From: an uncultured Desulfobacterales bacterium
GTDB lineage: Bacteria > Desulfobacterota > Desulfobacteria > Desulfobacterales > C00003060
Length of the DNA: 52,657 nucleotides
Direction of reading: 5' to 3'
Assembly: GCA_964502365.1 (NCBI GenBank)
Contig: CAZCWQ010000005.1
Location: forward strand, 1-52,657
Under the pieces are notes generated by a model. That model was not told the DNA's origin. It saw only the letters and a program-made list of their open reading frames with translations, and did not search any database. The position numbers and the translations under genes are program-made. Shown here piece after piece: positions 39,668-50,308 of this stretch (its first letter is position 1; each line of letters starts with the position of its first letter).

Positions 39668-40702
39668 TTACAGCGGTAACGGCTCTGTCCTAAGACCTGT
39701 TTTGCTATCGAAAAACTTGACTGCATCACGCGGGACAGCAAAGTCATAGCCACAATCAGTTTCAACACAATAGCAGGTGAAGCTCGTTGGCAGACTGGAA
39801 ACCACATGGCAGCGGTTGAACCGCTCATCCAACTTTCCGTACACCAAACGATCGGCTCCCAGATCCTCCACCCGGCTTACGTCAAAGCGGAGAGATACGA
39901 TGTCAACGGATTGTTCATACATCTCCCGAGGGAGAAAGCACTCCGGACGGAATCCCAAAATCCGTCCCTTCGTCTCTACCAGGTTCATGGGTGGGGACCC
40001 TAAGAAACCAGCCACAAATGTGTCAGCAGGGTCGCCGTAGACCTCAACCGGGTTACCCAGTTGCCGAACCTTCCCATCGTTCATGACCGCAATTCGGTCC
40101 CCCATCCCCATGGCTTCCACCTGGTCGTGTGTCACATAGATGGTGGTAATTCCTATGCCCTTCTGGAATCGGTGAAGCTCCTCTCTGGCCGATGTCCTGA
40201 GCTTGGCGTCCAGATTGGAGAGGGGCTCGTCCAGGAGAAAGACATTCGGTTCCCTCACCAGGGCGCGCGCCAGAGCCACCCGTTGCCGCTCACCACCAGA
40301 AAGCTCCCTGGGCTTGCGGGAAAGAAGATCATCGATCCCGAACATGGTGGCGGCCCATTCCACTTTTTGTTTCATTGCGGCTTTCGCTGTCCCCTGGGCC
40401 TTGAGAGGGAAAGCGATATTCTTGAAGATGGTCATGTGGGGATACAGGGCGTAGCTCTGGAAAACCATGGCGATGCCGCGTGCTCGAGGGGGCAGGTCGG
40501 TAACCGTCTTACCTCCTATCAGTATGTCCCCGGCCGAGGGCTTTTCCAGCCCCGCTATCATGCGGAGAAGGGTGGTCTTTCCACATCCGGAGGGACCCAG
40601 CAGTACAAGGAACTCACCCTCCCTGCTGGCGATGTCTACCCCGTCCACAGCTATTACATCGTCAAAGTGCTTTACGAGACCTTGCGTTTCTACTATAGCC
40701 AA
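39668..40702 (-). CDS. ABC transporter ATP-binding protein (MalK/UgpC-like)
   Basis: GPSGCGKT, VFQSYALYPH, LSGGERQR, DEPLSNLD. Confidence 0.96.
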   Translation of the reverse strand: MAIVETQGLVKHFDDVIAVDGVDIASREGEFLVLLGPSGCGKTTLLRMIAGLEKPSAGDILIGGKTVTDLPPRARGIAMVFQSYALYPHMTIFKNIAFPLKAQGTAKAAMKQKVEWAATMFGIDDLLSRKPRELSGGERQRVALARALVREPNVFLLDEPLSNLDAKLRTSAREELHRFQKGIGITTIYVTHDQVEAMGMGDRIAVMNDGKVRQLGNPVEVYGDPADTFVAGFLGSPPMNLVETKGRILGFRPECFLPREMYEQSVDIVSLRFDVSRVEDLGADRLVYGKLDERFNRCHVVSSLPTSFTCYCVETDCGYDFAVPRDAVKFFDSKTGLRTEPLPL

Positions 40703-40887
40703 GAAATCCTCCGATATGTATAGTAAGTCAGCTCAAAACATGTAAAGCCCCCCGGGCTTTCACCGCCCAAGGGGGCGAACTCATAAAAACAGTATTCTTC
40801 GCCTTTGGCCAAGCCTGCTCCGCAGCGTTCATGCCGCCGGGATTTCCCCAGAAAACATTCTCATATCCCAGGCAACAATGCCATCTG

Positions 40888-42252
40888 TTATGCCAGGCCT
40901 TTGGCCCGCCACTTCTCGAATATGCCCTGGACCTTCTTGTCTGCCGCCTGGATGGCGTCTTCCGGGCTCATCATTCCGGAGGCAGCCCGTGCAAACATCG
41001 TAGAGATCACCCAGGTACTGAAGGTCTCGTCAATGGCCGCATTTGCATAGCCAGGATAGCCAACATTAGTGGCCCAGTCTAAGACGTCCTCAAGGACTTT
41101 GTACTTGTCCGGAGGATGGGCTTTCTTGTCATAAGATACCAACTTCTTCAGGTCAGGCACGGTCTGGGCGAAGCACGGAAAGTTGTAGTACTCGCTCGCC
41201 AAAAAGGCTTCCCTGAAATTGGAGATGTAGTCCACCAGAAACTTTTTTGCACCATCGATGTTGTCGGCGAACTTCCAAATGCAGTACACGTCCATAACGT
41301 GTTCGAGTCCCATCCTGCGTACCGGCCCTTTAGGAGCCTTGGCCAGCCAGATTTTCTCTTCCATCTCCGGGGCCAACTTCTCAGCTGTCCGTGTTATGGA
41401 GATAGCATTCAACGCAAGGGATCCCTTGCCCGAAATCATGAAACGGTTGTTAGCCGATGCATCCCATGTGAAGACCTCGGGGGTCATGCACTCCTCGTAA
41501 AGGGCCTTGACGAATTTGACGGCTTCCAAAGTCTCCTTGGAATTGAGGACCACATTGCCCCCCTCATCATGGACAGATGCTCCAAAAGAATACATGATAG
41601 CCCGCATGGCCATATTGGTGTCGATCTCAGAAGCTAGACCGATGCCTACAGGGACATTGTGTTTTTTCTTTATCTTTGCTCCGCCTGTCCGTACATCATC
41701 CCAGGTGTCCGGATACATGCCCACGGAGTCCCACAGGTCCTTGCGGTAGTTGACCGGATCCGGGACAAAGCTATCTGAGAAGCCGTAGTATTTCTTTGTT
41801 TTGGGATTGTACGTACTCCTGACAGCCAGGTCGATGGGTTTGCCCAAATCCTTGATACACTCCTCGTATATCTCTCTATGGTCGATGACTTGATGTTCCA
41901 TATCCGGCTTAGGCCACAGAAACATGAATAGATCGTGACCCTTCTGGGCCGAAACCTCTGCCGCGGCTCGTGAATTAAGACCTGCCAGGCCAATAGTGTC
42001 AACGATCACTTCCGTGTCATTCTTGGCCCCCCATTCCTTAACGTAGGTTTCTTGAAACCACTTGTCGTATCCCGGAACAAAGTGGACCCATTGCAGAATT
42101 TTGAGTGTCTTTGGTTTAGCGGCCCCGTAGCAGGGAAAGACAGGACCACCAATGCCAGCGAGTGCTGCGCCCGCCAATGTGGTCTTGATGAACTGCCGTC
42201 TAGTGACAACTCCTACCCTTTTTTTCTTCAACCCTTTCGTGTTAAATGCCAT
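40888..42252 (-). CDS. Tat-exported extracellular solute-binding protein
   Basis: TRRQFIK twin-arginine signal; AAGGAGG RBS before ATG 42252; SBP family 1-like. Confidence 0.9.
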   Translation of the reverse strand: MAFNTKGLKKKRVGVVTRRQFIKTTLAGAALAGIGGPVFPCYGAAKPKTLKILQWVHFVPGYDKWFQETYVKEWGAKNDTEVIVDTIGLAGLNSRAAAEVSAQKGHDLFMFLWPKPDMEHQVIDHREIYEECIKDLGKPIDLAVRSTYNPKTKKYYGFSDSFVPDPVNYRKDLWDSVGMYPDTWDDVRTGGAKIKKKHNVPVGIGLASEIDTNMAMRAIMYSFGASVHDEGGNVVLNSKETLEAVKFVKALYEECMTPEVFTWDASANNRFMISGKGSLALNAISITRTAEKLAPEMEEKIWLAKAPKGPVRRMGLEHVMDVYCIWKFADNIDGAKKFLVDYISNFREAFLASEYYNFPCFAQTVPDLKKLVSYDKKAHPPDKYKVLEDVLDWATNVGYPGYANAAIDETFSTWVISTMFARAASGMMSPEDAIQAADKKVQGIFEKWRAKGLA

Positions 42253-42384
42253 GGCGTTTCCTCCTTTCTTGGACAACAAAGGTTTTTTGCGAGGTGAAAA
42301 CACACCGTAGGGGCACAACCCATGCCAAGTGCAATCACCCCCCTTCTCTAGATTCTCACGCTACGGAATTTGAGGAATGGATCT

Positions 42385-42404
42385 GATGCCTGATATCAGG
42401 CATC
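42385..42404. promoter_or_regulatory. Perfect palindromic operator candidate
   Basis: GATGCCTGATATCAGGCATC, just downstream of a minus-strand TTGACA-N17-TATTAA promoter (42420-42448). Confidence 0.65.
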
Positions 42405-42488
42405 TTGGAGTGTAGAATTTTAATAGTTTCTTTGAATTACCTTGTCAACACTTTTCACTCTTGCCCAATGCATCATCATGACACGTCC

Positions 42489-42517
42489 TTGACACACGGG
42501 CGCAGCTTCCATATAGT
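42489..42517 (+). promoter_or_regulatory. Sigma70 promoter of the aminotransferase gene
   Basis: TTGACA-N17-TATAGT. Confidence 0.65.
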
Positions 42518-42575
42518 TAATATGTTTCGAAGTAATAGCCACATTATCTGTGAGTAACGATGCCAGGAGGCTTAA

Positions 42576-43763
42576 ATGGATATTGACATAAAACAGTTTA
42601 CCGACATCAACCCGGGTGAACGTGTGCTTATGGGGCCGGGACCAAGCAATGTGCCCTCGCGAGTGTTAAGGGCCATGTCCGCTCCGTGTATTGGCCACCT
42701 GGACCCTGAGTTTCTGTCGATTATGGATGAAACCCAGGGCTTGCTTAGATTTCTCTTCCAAACAGATAATATCTTGTCCCTACCGGTCTCCGGTACGGGC
42801 AGCGCAGGTATGGAAGCCTGTCTTGTCAATCTCGTTGAACCGGCAGAAGAGGTGGTGGTATGCGTAAATGGTGTATTTGGCAACCGGATGGCGGACATCA
42901 TTGCCCGTGTGGGCGGCCACCCAGTTCGGGTTGAGGGCGAGTGGGGCAGGGCTGTTGACCCTGAGGCTGTACGAAAGGCGGTTCAAGGAAAAAACCCAAA
43001 ACTTGTCGCGGTGGTGCATGCGGAGACCTCCACGGGAGTCTGCCAGCCCCTTGAAGATATCGCGGATGTCGCACGTCAGGCAGGTGCCCTTTTCCTCGTA
43101 GACATGGTCACGTCGCTTGGGGGGATGGAAGTAGCCGTGGATAGCGCAGGAATCGACGCAGCATACAGCGGAACACAGAAATGCATATCCTGTCCGCCCG
43201 GTCTGGCCCCCATTTCATTCAGCGATGCTGCCATGAAAGCCCTTGAGAAACGAACGTCCCCGGTGGCAAGTTGGTATCTGGATATGAGCATGGTCCGCAG
43301 ATACTGGGGGGCTGACAGGACGTACCACCACACTGCACCCGTCAATATGATCTACGCACTTCGGGAAGCCTTGCGCATAATTGCAGAGGAGGGCCTTGAG
43401 GCACGATTTGCCAGGCACCGATTGAACCACAGAGCCTTGGTGGCCGGTTTAGAGGCAATGGGTCTCGAAATGCTCGTTCCCGCATCAGAGCGCCTGCCGA
43501 TGCTAAACGCCGTCCGTATTCCAGAAAGCGTAGACGATCTTAAAGTCCGCAAAGCGCTTCTTAGTGACTTCGGAATAGAGATCGGCGGCGGCTTGGGAGA
43601 TCTTAAGGGCAAGATCTGGCGAGTGGGATTAATGGGCCACTCTTGCCGCAGGAAAAATGTTTTCTTGTTCCTTTCTGCCCTAAAAACAGTGCTGAAGTCC
43701 GAGGGTTTCAAGATGCATGCCGAGGCCCTTGAAGCAGCTTCGGCGGTTTATGCTGAAGCTTGA
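42576..43763 (+). CDS. Alanine-glyoxylate/serine-pyruvate aminotransferase (class V)
   Basis: LMGPGPS, HAETSTG, SGTQK (PLP Lys), YHHT, WRVGLMG. Confidence 0.93.
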   Translation: MDIDIKQFTDINPGERVLMGPGPSNVPSRVLRAMSAPCIGHLDPEFLSIMDETQGLLRFLFQTDNILSLPVSGTGSAGMEACLVNLVEPAEEVVVCVNGVFGNRMADIIARVGGHPVRVEGEWGRAVDPEAVRKAVQGKNPKLVAVVHAETSTGVCQPLEDIADVARQAGALFLVDMVTSLGGMEVAVDSAGIDAAYSGTQKCISCPPGLAPISFSDAAMKALEKRTSPVASWYLDMSMVRRYWGADRTYHHTAPVNMIYALREALRIIAEEGLEARFARHRLNHRALVAGLEAMGLEMLVPASERLPMLNAVRIPESVDDLKVRKALLSDFGIEIGGGLGDLKGKIWRVGLMGHSCRRKNVFLFLSALKTVLKSEGFKMHAEALEAASAVYAEA

Positions 43764-43864
43764 CCCGAAGAGAAGGCTGCCATCCGAAGGGCACCATTGC
43801 GGGCCCATGCCCACATATCTACTTTAGTAACACTTTAGCGCTTTGAAAAAGCCTAAACTCTTCC

Positions 43865-44170
43865 CTACTTTCCAGTCTTCTTATGAAGCTTGTCCGCTAT
43901 CCGCTTGACCTTGTCAGATTTCACCATGGAGGCAGCCTTGTCCGCAAAGCGCGTCGCATCCGAAAACTTGCCGTCTTTCAAATAGCTTTTCACCCTCTTT
44001 TCAATGCGCTCAGTTGCACGATCTTCCTTGACACTGACGGACGGGGCTGCCATAAGCTTCCTGGTCTTGCAACATCCACAGCTTGGGCACGGCGGCAGAC
44101 TTTCAGCCCTGTGCATGATCATTTCAAAGATCGATCCGCACTCACCACATTCATACTCGTAAATCGGCAT
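43865..44170 (-). CDS. FmdB-family zinc ribbon protein
   Basis: MPIYEYECGECG...CPSCG. Confidence 0.85.
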   Translation of the reverse strand: MPIYEYECGECGSIFEMIMHRAESLPPCPSCGCCKTRKLMAAPSVSVKEDRATERIEKRVKSYLKDGKFSDATRFADKAASMVKSDKVKRIADKLHKKTGK

Positions 44171-44190
44171 GCAGGTATTCTTGCCTCCAC

Positions 44191-45093
44191 TCACAACCTT
44201 CGCAGGTATGGCATCTGCTCAACTCTTGCCCTGAACGTCTCGTCTTTGGAAAGCTTGTCCAGAGTCTTGTCTAGCAATGAAAGCATTCTGGTCTTATCAG
44301 CTGGTAGGTGCCCATCGATAGGGGCATAATTGGAAACATGGTCAGAAAGATATTGAGACTTCACTGAAAGACCTTCTATGAGGATCTTCTGTTCTCTTAG
44401 GATCGTCTCCGCACCCGGCATTTCAAAACTCCCTTGCCTCCACCATTGATAAACCGGGGTGCCCGGTTGAGGCGTGAGTGTTCTTACGCGGATAAAATCA
44501 GGGCCTATCCGGTTTATGATCTTGGCCGTGTCTGACGCGTGCTCATGCCAGTTCGCCTCGCCCCCTATTCCCAGAAGCACATACAGGGAAACTTCGAATT
44601 GAGCCTCCTTTGCCTTGGTACATCCCCTGACCATGGTATCAGGAGACGCACCTTTATCAATCTCATCCAGCACAACAGCACTTCCCGACTCAAGACCGAT
44701 ATGGAGGCGTGTCAGGCCTGCCTCTCTTATCTTTTTCAGGCTTTCAAGGGATCTGCGTCTCAGGGTCTGTGAACGCGCGTAACTTGTGACCCTAGTTAGA
44801 GACTCAAAAGTATCATGAAGATGACCAAGGATATCGCACAGCTCGTCCGTCCTAATAACCAAGCTATCTGAGTCACCGATGAATACTGTTTCCGCGTTTC
44901 CTCCGGTATATGCCTTGGCCGTGTCAATATCTCGCAAAACCTCTTCTACCGCACGCTTCTCAAATTTGATATCTTTATACATGGGACAAAAAGCACACCG
45001 GTTCCAGGGGCATCCCCGGGTCACCCTCAACAGGAGGCTGTTGGCCTCACTGGGTGGCCTGAAAGGCGGAAAGTCATAAGTCTCTTCGGCCAT
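44191..45093 (-). CDS. Radical SAM protein
   Basis: RPPSEA, CPWNRCAFC (CxxxCxxC), GLESG, SDHVSNY. Confidence 0.92.
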   Translation of the reverse strand: MAEETYDFPPFRPPSEANSLLLRVTRGCPWNRCAFCPMYKDIKFEKRAVEEVLRDIDTAKAYTGGNAETVFIGDSDSLVIRTDELCDILGHLHDTFESLTRVTSYARSQTLRRRSLESLKKIREAGLTRLHIGLESGSAVVLDEIDKGASPDTMVRGCTKAKEAQFEVSLYVLLGIGGEANWHEHASDTAKIINRIGPDFIRVRTLTPQPGTPVYQWWRQGSFEMPGAETILREQKILIEGLSVKSQYLSDHVSNYAPIDGHLPADKTRMLSLLDKTLDKLSKDETFRARVEQMPYLRRL

Positions 45094-45283
45094 GGCAAGG
45101 CGCCTTCCAAGACGGAAGTTAAACATAGTTGCTTGACTCGGCAATAAGGTTTGTGTGTAATTAAATAGCCTAGTTGGCTGAAAACGACAATAGATTTATG
45201 GTGAAAGGCCTTTCCCTAATTTTAGGATCTGTGAACGAACGTTTTTCATGTCTCAAAATCGCCTTAAACATATAAAGACACAA

Positions 45284-45367
45284 ACGCCACATGTTGTATC
45301 TATCTTCCCTAAGACATACATTTTATAGTATTTTTGTCTTTACAAACCCTGCTTTGCCTGTTAATCT
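45284..45367 (+). promoter_or_regulatory. smc promoter with tandem NrdR-box-like sites
   Basis: ACGCCACATGTTGTAT (45284) and ATACATTTTATAGTAT (45316) are 32 bp apart; TTTACA-N17-TAATCT at 45339-45367. Confidence 0.45.
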
Positions 45368-45423
45368 CCGCGCAATTGTAAGGGTCGCATTAAAGGTGAA
45401 CGTTCAGATAGGGATCTTTTGAT

Positions 45424-48400
45424 ATGAAAATCAGAGAGTTACAAATTGTCGGGTTCAAGTCTTTTCTGGATAAAACCACGCTGCGGTTTCCTGAAGGCAT
45501 TTGTGCCGTGGTGGGGCCAAACGGCTGTGGCAAAAGCAACATCGTTGACGCCCTCCGTTGGGTGATGGGCGAACAGAGTATAAAACAGCTGCGCGGCAAG
45601 TCCATGGAAGACGTTATTTTCTCTGGTAGTGAAAAAAAGGGGCCTTTGAACGTGGCCGAGGTGGCCATCACACTCATTAACGATAACGGCAACACCCCTG
45701 AAGAATATCGGCACTTTTCTGAGATCATGGTAAGTCGCCGACTCTTCCGTTCAGGGGAGAGCGGCTATTTTATCAACAAACAACCATGCAGGCTCAAGGA
45801 CATTCAAGACCTATTGATGGGAACCGGTGTTGGGGCCAGAACCTATGCGATAATTGAACAAGGACAGATTGGGACACTCATCGATGCCGGCCCGGAAGAA
45901 CGACGGTACTTCATAGAGGAAGCCGCAGGCATCACACGCTACAAAAGGCGAAAGCATGAATCACTACTTAAGATCAAGCGGACTGAGCAGAACCTGTTGC
46001 GTGTTGGTGACGTTATCTCCGAAGTCAAGCGTCAGATGAACTCTTTGAAGCGTCAGGCCAAAAAGGCTGAGCGCTACAAGGCCTACCAGGAACAAATTGA
46101 AGAGCTGGAAGTAAATCTGGCAACCTATCAATATGAGACCATCAGGACCGAAATGGGCGAAACAGAGTTGTTGTTGGAATCTTTGCGAGATACAGACTCC
46201 GAGCACGGTTCTGAATTGGCAAAATTGGACGCTGCCATCGAACGGATCAAAGTGGAACGCGCAGCCAAAAACCAGGGTATCTCGGAAAAAAGGGACCACA
46301 GTCAGCAGCTCCGACGGGTACTGGATAAGCTTGAGGGCGATATCGAGTACAGCAAGAAGGATCTCGAGCGCTTTATCACCGAAATTGAGGAGTTCAAGGC
46401 AGAGATAGGAGAGATTAAGGAGAAAACTCGTGCAATCGCTGAAGAATGCAGCGGCCTGGAGGAACGAAAACACGCCCTTGAACAAGACATCCAACGAATC
46501 AAGGAAACCCTAAACCAAGAAGAGACTGAAGAAAGGGCCATTAAAGAGCGGCTTGTAGAGCTTAATAGATCGCTTGAGACCAAGAAGGCAGAGCTTGTCA
46601 ACCTGGCAAGCCGCAAGGCAACCTACCAAAACACCCTGGAGAATGCTTCCAAGAACAGGGCAAATCTATCAAAGCGACTTAGTCAACTCGATAAGGAGAA
46701 AAGCCAAACCAAAAGCGAATTCACCAAGATCAATAAAGACATCGCCAAGTCTGAAGATCATCTTCATGCTTTGAAGGAAAGTTCGGCAGAGATAGCGAAT
46801 GTCCTTGAACGCTTGGAAAAACAACTACAGGAAAACCGTCAGGCGCTCAGCCAGCAGGTGCGGAAGGTACAAGCCATGGAGCTTGAGCGGCAAAAGGTTC
46901 GGTCCCGCTATGGGGCTCTAAAGAAGATGGATGAAAACTATGAATGGTTCAGGGAAGGCGTTCAGATAATCATGAAACAGTGGAAGTCTCGAAACCTCGA
47001 CGAGGCTGGCATTTGTGGCCTGGTAGCCGATGTTATCGAACCGGAGCCTTCCTATGAACATGCCGTGGAGGCGGCGTTGGACGAGACCTTGCAGTATGTC
47101 ATCGTAAAAGACCAGCAGGGGGGGGTGACTGCTATCAACTCTCTACGGAGCCTTTCACGAGGCCGAGGCAGTTTTATTCCCATGAAAGCAGTCAGGCCGG
47201 CAACAAGCGTAAATCCCGGTCTTCAACCTCAGGACCAAGATCTCCTTGCAAACCATATACAGATTCAAGAAGGCTACGATGATTTGGTCCAGGCCCTTGT
47301 CGGTCACGTCATAGTTGCCGACAACCTTGAAGAGGCTTTGCGGCTGTGGAACCGGAACGGATCGCCTCTGACCATCGTTACACAACAAGGAGACAGGGTG
47401 TCCCTTCAAGGCATACTGACTGGCGGAAGTACACACAATAGCCCATCTGGCATCCTTGTGAAGAAGAAGGAAGTCAGAAGCCTGGCTAAGGTGATATCAA
47501 AGCTGGACTCATCTGTTGAGACGGCTAAGGCGAGGCAAAAGCAATTGGAAACAGAGGCAGTGTCAGTGGAAACACAGCTTCAAAAGACCCGACAAGAGCA
47601 AAGGCAAAAGAGTGAACTGCTGGTAGAAGTGGAAAAAGAGCTGTACCGCCTTCAGGAAAGACACAAACACACCGAGCGCAATCTTGAAATTCTTGACCTT
47701 GAGGAACAGCAAATAGAGGGGGAGCGGACAGAGGTAGACGAAGAGGTGTACAGGCATGAGGGGGTTCTGGCCGAGCTGACAAAAGAGATTCAAGCTGAAG
47801 AATCGACCATCCAGCAGACCAATGTCCAGTTAACAGAAACTTCGGAAAAACTGGAAGCCGTCAATGAAAGGATTGTAGAACTCAAACTGGAATTGACTAC
47901 TTTGCACGCAGAATACGAAAGCTCAACAAACACGTTGAGACGATTGATGGATTTCCAAGGTGACCGCCAAGAAAAAATGACCCACCTGGAAAGAGGGCTA
48001 AGGCAAACAGACGAAGACAGAATAGCCACTGAGCAGAGATTGACGAGTGACCGAGCCAGAGTCAACAACCTGTATGCTGAACTCCGGAGCCTGGAAGAAA
48101 GACTGGCCCAAAGCGAAGCCGAGTACCAAACCATCGAAGCGGCCTTGCAACAAAACGATCAAGCCATCTGTGAAGTCAGAACGCGGCAACAAGAGACCCT
48201 TCAAAAGATTCAGCAACTGGAATTGAAGCAATCCGAAAGGCGTATGAGATGCGATCATCTGGCCAGTCGCATCCAAGAGGCCTACCATCAAGACATCAAC
48301 ATATTGGCACAGGAACACGACACCAAGGACTTTTCTCAAGAAGAGACAGAAAATGCATTGGCCTTATGCAAAGAAAGAATTGCAAGAATTGGAGACGTGA

Positions 48401-48981
48401 ATCTGACCGCCATTCAAGAATACAAAACCTTGAGCGAACGATATCACACCTTGACCAAACAGCGCGACGATCTGTTAGGGGCCATAGACGCCCTTCATCG
48501 GGTTATCCAAAAGATCAACCGGGTCTCTCTTAAACGGTTCATGAAGACCTTTAAGGCGGTCAATGAAAAAGTGCAAATGGTCTTCCCCAAGCTGTTTGAG
48601 GGGGGAAAAGCTAACCTGGTTCTCACCAATCCGAGGCGGCCCTTGGAGTCGGGCGTGGCCTTCCTGGTTCGCCCTCCGGGAAAAAGGCTTACGCGCATGA
48701 GTCTGCTTTCGGGCGGTGAAAAGGCTCTGGCAGCTATCGCGCTAGTCTTTTCCCTTTTTTTGATAAAGCCAACAGCGTTTTGCGTTCTTGATGAGATTGA
48801 TGCCCCGCTTGATGACGCAAACGTCTTTCGCTTCAACCATCTTCTCCGAGAGATTGGTAACGCCTCTCAGATTGTAATGGTTACCCACAACAAACAAACC
48901 ATGAAGGTGGCTGACGCACTTTTCGGTGTGACCATGGAGGAAAAAGGCATTTCAAAACTGGTTTCCCTGAACTTGACGTAA
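45424..48981 (+). CDS. smc: Chromosome segregation protein SMC
   Basis: GFKSF, GPNGCGKS, long coiled coils with hinge, LSGGE, LDEIDAPLD. Confidence 0.98.
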   Translation: MKIRELQIVGFKSFLDKTTLRFPEGICAVVGPNGCGKSNIVDALRWVMGEQSIKQLRGKSMEDVIFSGSEKKGPLNVAEVAITLINDNGNTPEEYRHFSEIMVSRRLFRSGESGYFINKQPCRLKDIQDLLMGTGVGARTYAIIEQGQIGTLIDAGPEERRYFIEEAAGITRYKRRKHESLLKIKRTEQNLLRVGDVISEVKRQMNSLKRQAKKAERYKAYQEQIEELEVNLATYQYETIRTEMGETELLLESLRDTDSEHGSELAKLDAAIERIKVERAAKNQGISEKRDHSQQLRRVLDKLEGDIEYSKKDLERFITEIEEFKAEIGEIKEKTRAIAEECSGLEERKHALEQDIQRIKETLNQEETEERAIKERLVELNRSLETKKAELVNLASRKATYQNTLENASKNRANLSKRLSQLDKEKSQTKSEFTKINKDIAKSEDHLHALKESSAEIANVLERLEKQLQENRQALSQQVRKVQAMELERQKVRSRYGALKKMDENYEWFREGVQIIMKQWKSRNLDEAGICGLVADVIEPEPSYEHAVEAALDETLQYVIVKDQQGGVTAINSLRSLSRGRGSFIPMKAVRPATSVNPGLQPQDQDLLANHIQIQEGYDDLVQALVGHVIVADNLEEALRLWNRNGSPLTIVTQQGDRVSLQGILTGGSTHNSPSGILVKKKEVRSLAKVISKLDSSVETAKARQKQLETEAVSVETQLQKTRQEQRQKSELLVEVEKELYRLQERHKHTERNLEILDLEEQQIEGERTEVDEEVYRHEGVLAELTKEIQAEESTIQQTNVQLTETSEKLEAVNERIVELKLELTTLHAEYESSTNTLRRLMDFQGDRQEKMTHLERGLRQTDEDRIATEQRLTSDRARVNNLYAELRSLEERLAQSEAEYQTIEAALQQNDQAICEVRTRQQETLQKIQQLELKQSERRMRCDHLASRIQEAYHQDINILAQEHDTKDFSQEETENALALCKERIARIGDVNLTAIQEYKTLSERYHTLTKQRDDLLGAIDALHRVIQKINRVSLKRFMKTFKAVNEKVQMVFPKLFEGGKANLVLTNPRRPLESGVAFLVRPPGKRLTRMSLLSGGEKALAAIALVFSLFLIKPTAFCVLDEIDAPLDDANVFRFNHLLREIGNASQIVMVTHNKQTMKVADALFGVTMEEKGISKLVSLNLT

Positions 48982-49103
48982 GAGTTTGGCCTAGAGATAC
49001 CAAACTCCACATAAATCTAACAATGTATTGTAATCTTAATATGATCAAATGTTTCTTCATTTTGTTTACGCTCAATTAGGGTGGTGAGGTCAACTAGCTT
49101 ACC

Positions 49104-50165
49104 ATGGCCATGAAATGGTTTAAAAAGAAAAAAGGGGCTGAGCAGGAATCCACAGAAGAGCCTCCCCGACCAGCGTGGAAAGACTCTGAGACCGAGGAAG
49201 TAGAAGAACGCCTTGGGTCCGAAGAATCCGCCGACTCCGAAGCTGATAAACAAGGGTTCTTTCGGCGCCTCAGGAATCGCCTTTCCAAGACACGGACAGG
49301 CTTTGTAAACCGTGTGGACAGGCTTTTGCTGGGGAAGAAGGAGATCGACGAAGAGCTTCTCGAAGAGCTTGAAGAAATTCTAATCACCTCAGACATGGGG
49401 GTGCAGACCACCATAGACTTAATCGAAGCGGTACGGGAAAAGGTGGAGAGAAAAGACTTGAGTGATGCTAAAGAACTTAAAGAGGCTCTTCAGAAGGAGA
49501 TTCTCGGTTTTCTTAAGGTCCCGACAAGCCTGGATCTTACACCCAAAGAAAAACCGCTTGTCATAATGGTCGTAGGGGTGAACGGGGTGGGCAAGACAAC
49601 CACCATCGGCAAGTTGGCCGCTCGTTATATCAAGGATAACAAGCGGGTATTATTGATTGCTGCTGACACCTTCCGGGCCGCAGCTGTTGAACAGTTGGAA
49701 ATTTGGGCAGAGCGTGTTGGTACTGATGTAATTCGCCACAAGGGCAAGTCTGACCCGTCCGCTGTTGTCTATGACGGAATTCAGGCAGCAAAATCAAGAG
49801 ATGTTGATGTGGTAATCATTGATACAGCAGGACGTCTTCACACCAAAGTCAATCTAATGGAAGAACTCAAGAAAATCCGTCGCACCGTGGCCCGGCAACT
49901 CCCTAATGCCCCCCACGAAACCCTGCTTGTCCTTGACGCCACGACCGGACAAAACTCCATTTCCCAAGCACAGCTCTTTCATGAAGCCCTTGATGTCACT
50001 GGGATTGCACTTACGAAGCTGGATGGCACAGCAAAAGGGGGCATCGTTGTGGGTATATGTCACAGCCTCGAACTTCCGATTAACTATATTGGCCTGGGAG
50101 AGAAGATCGAGGATTTGCAGGAGTTTGACGCCGATGCTTTTATGAAAGCCTTATTTGACTACTGA
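49104..50165 (+). CDS. ftsY: SRP receptor FtsY
   Basis: [31 protein letters not shown]. Confidence 0.98.
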   Translation: MAMKWFKKKKGAEQESTEEPPRPAWKDSETEEVEERLGSEESADSEADKQGFFRRLRNRLSKTRTGFVNRVDRLLLGKKEIDEELLEELEEILITSDMGVQTTIDLIEAVREKVERKDLSDAKELKEALQKEILGFLKVPTSLDLTPKEKPLVIMVVGVNGVGKTTTIGKLAARYIKDNKRVLLIAADTFRAAAVEQLEIWAERVGTDVIRHKGKSDPSAVVYDGIQAAKSRDVDVVIIDTAGRLHTKVNLMEELKKIRRTVARQLPNAPHETLLVLDATTGQNSISQAQLFHEALDVTGIALTKLDGTAKGGIVVGICHSLELPINYIGLGEKIEDLQEFDADAFMKALFDY

Positions 50166-50308
50166 GAGCACCAAATAGTCTGCATCTCTCGCAATCTGAT
50201 ACGGATCATGAGGTCTTTTCTAGGGTCACTGGCGGGAGCCTCAGACTTGACTTACGCTATTTATAGAAAGCTTTCAGAAAATCATTCTGCTGTTGCGAGG
50301 CACTCGGT

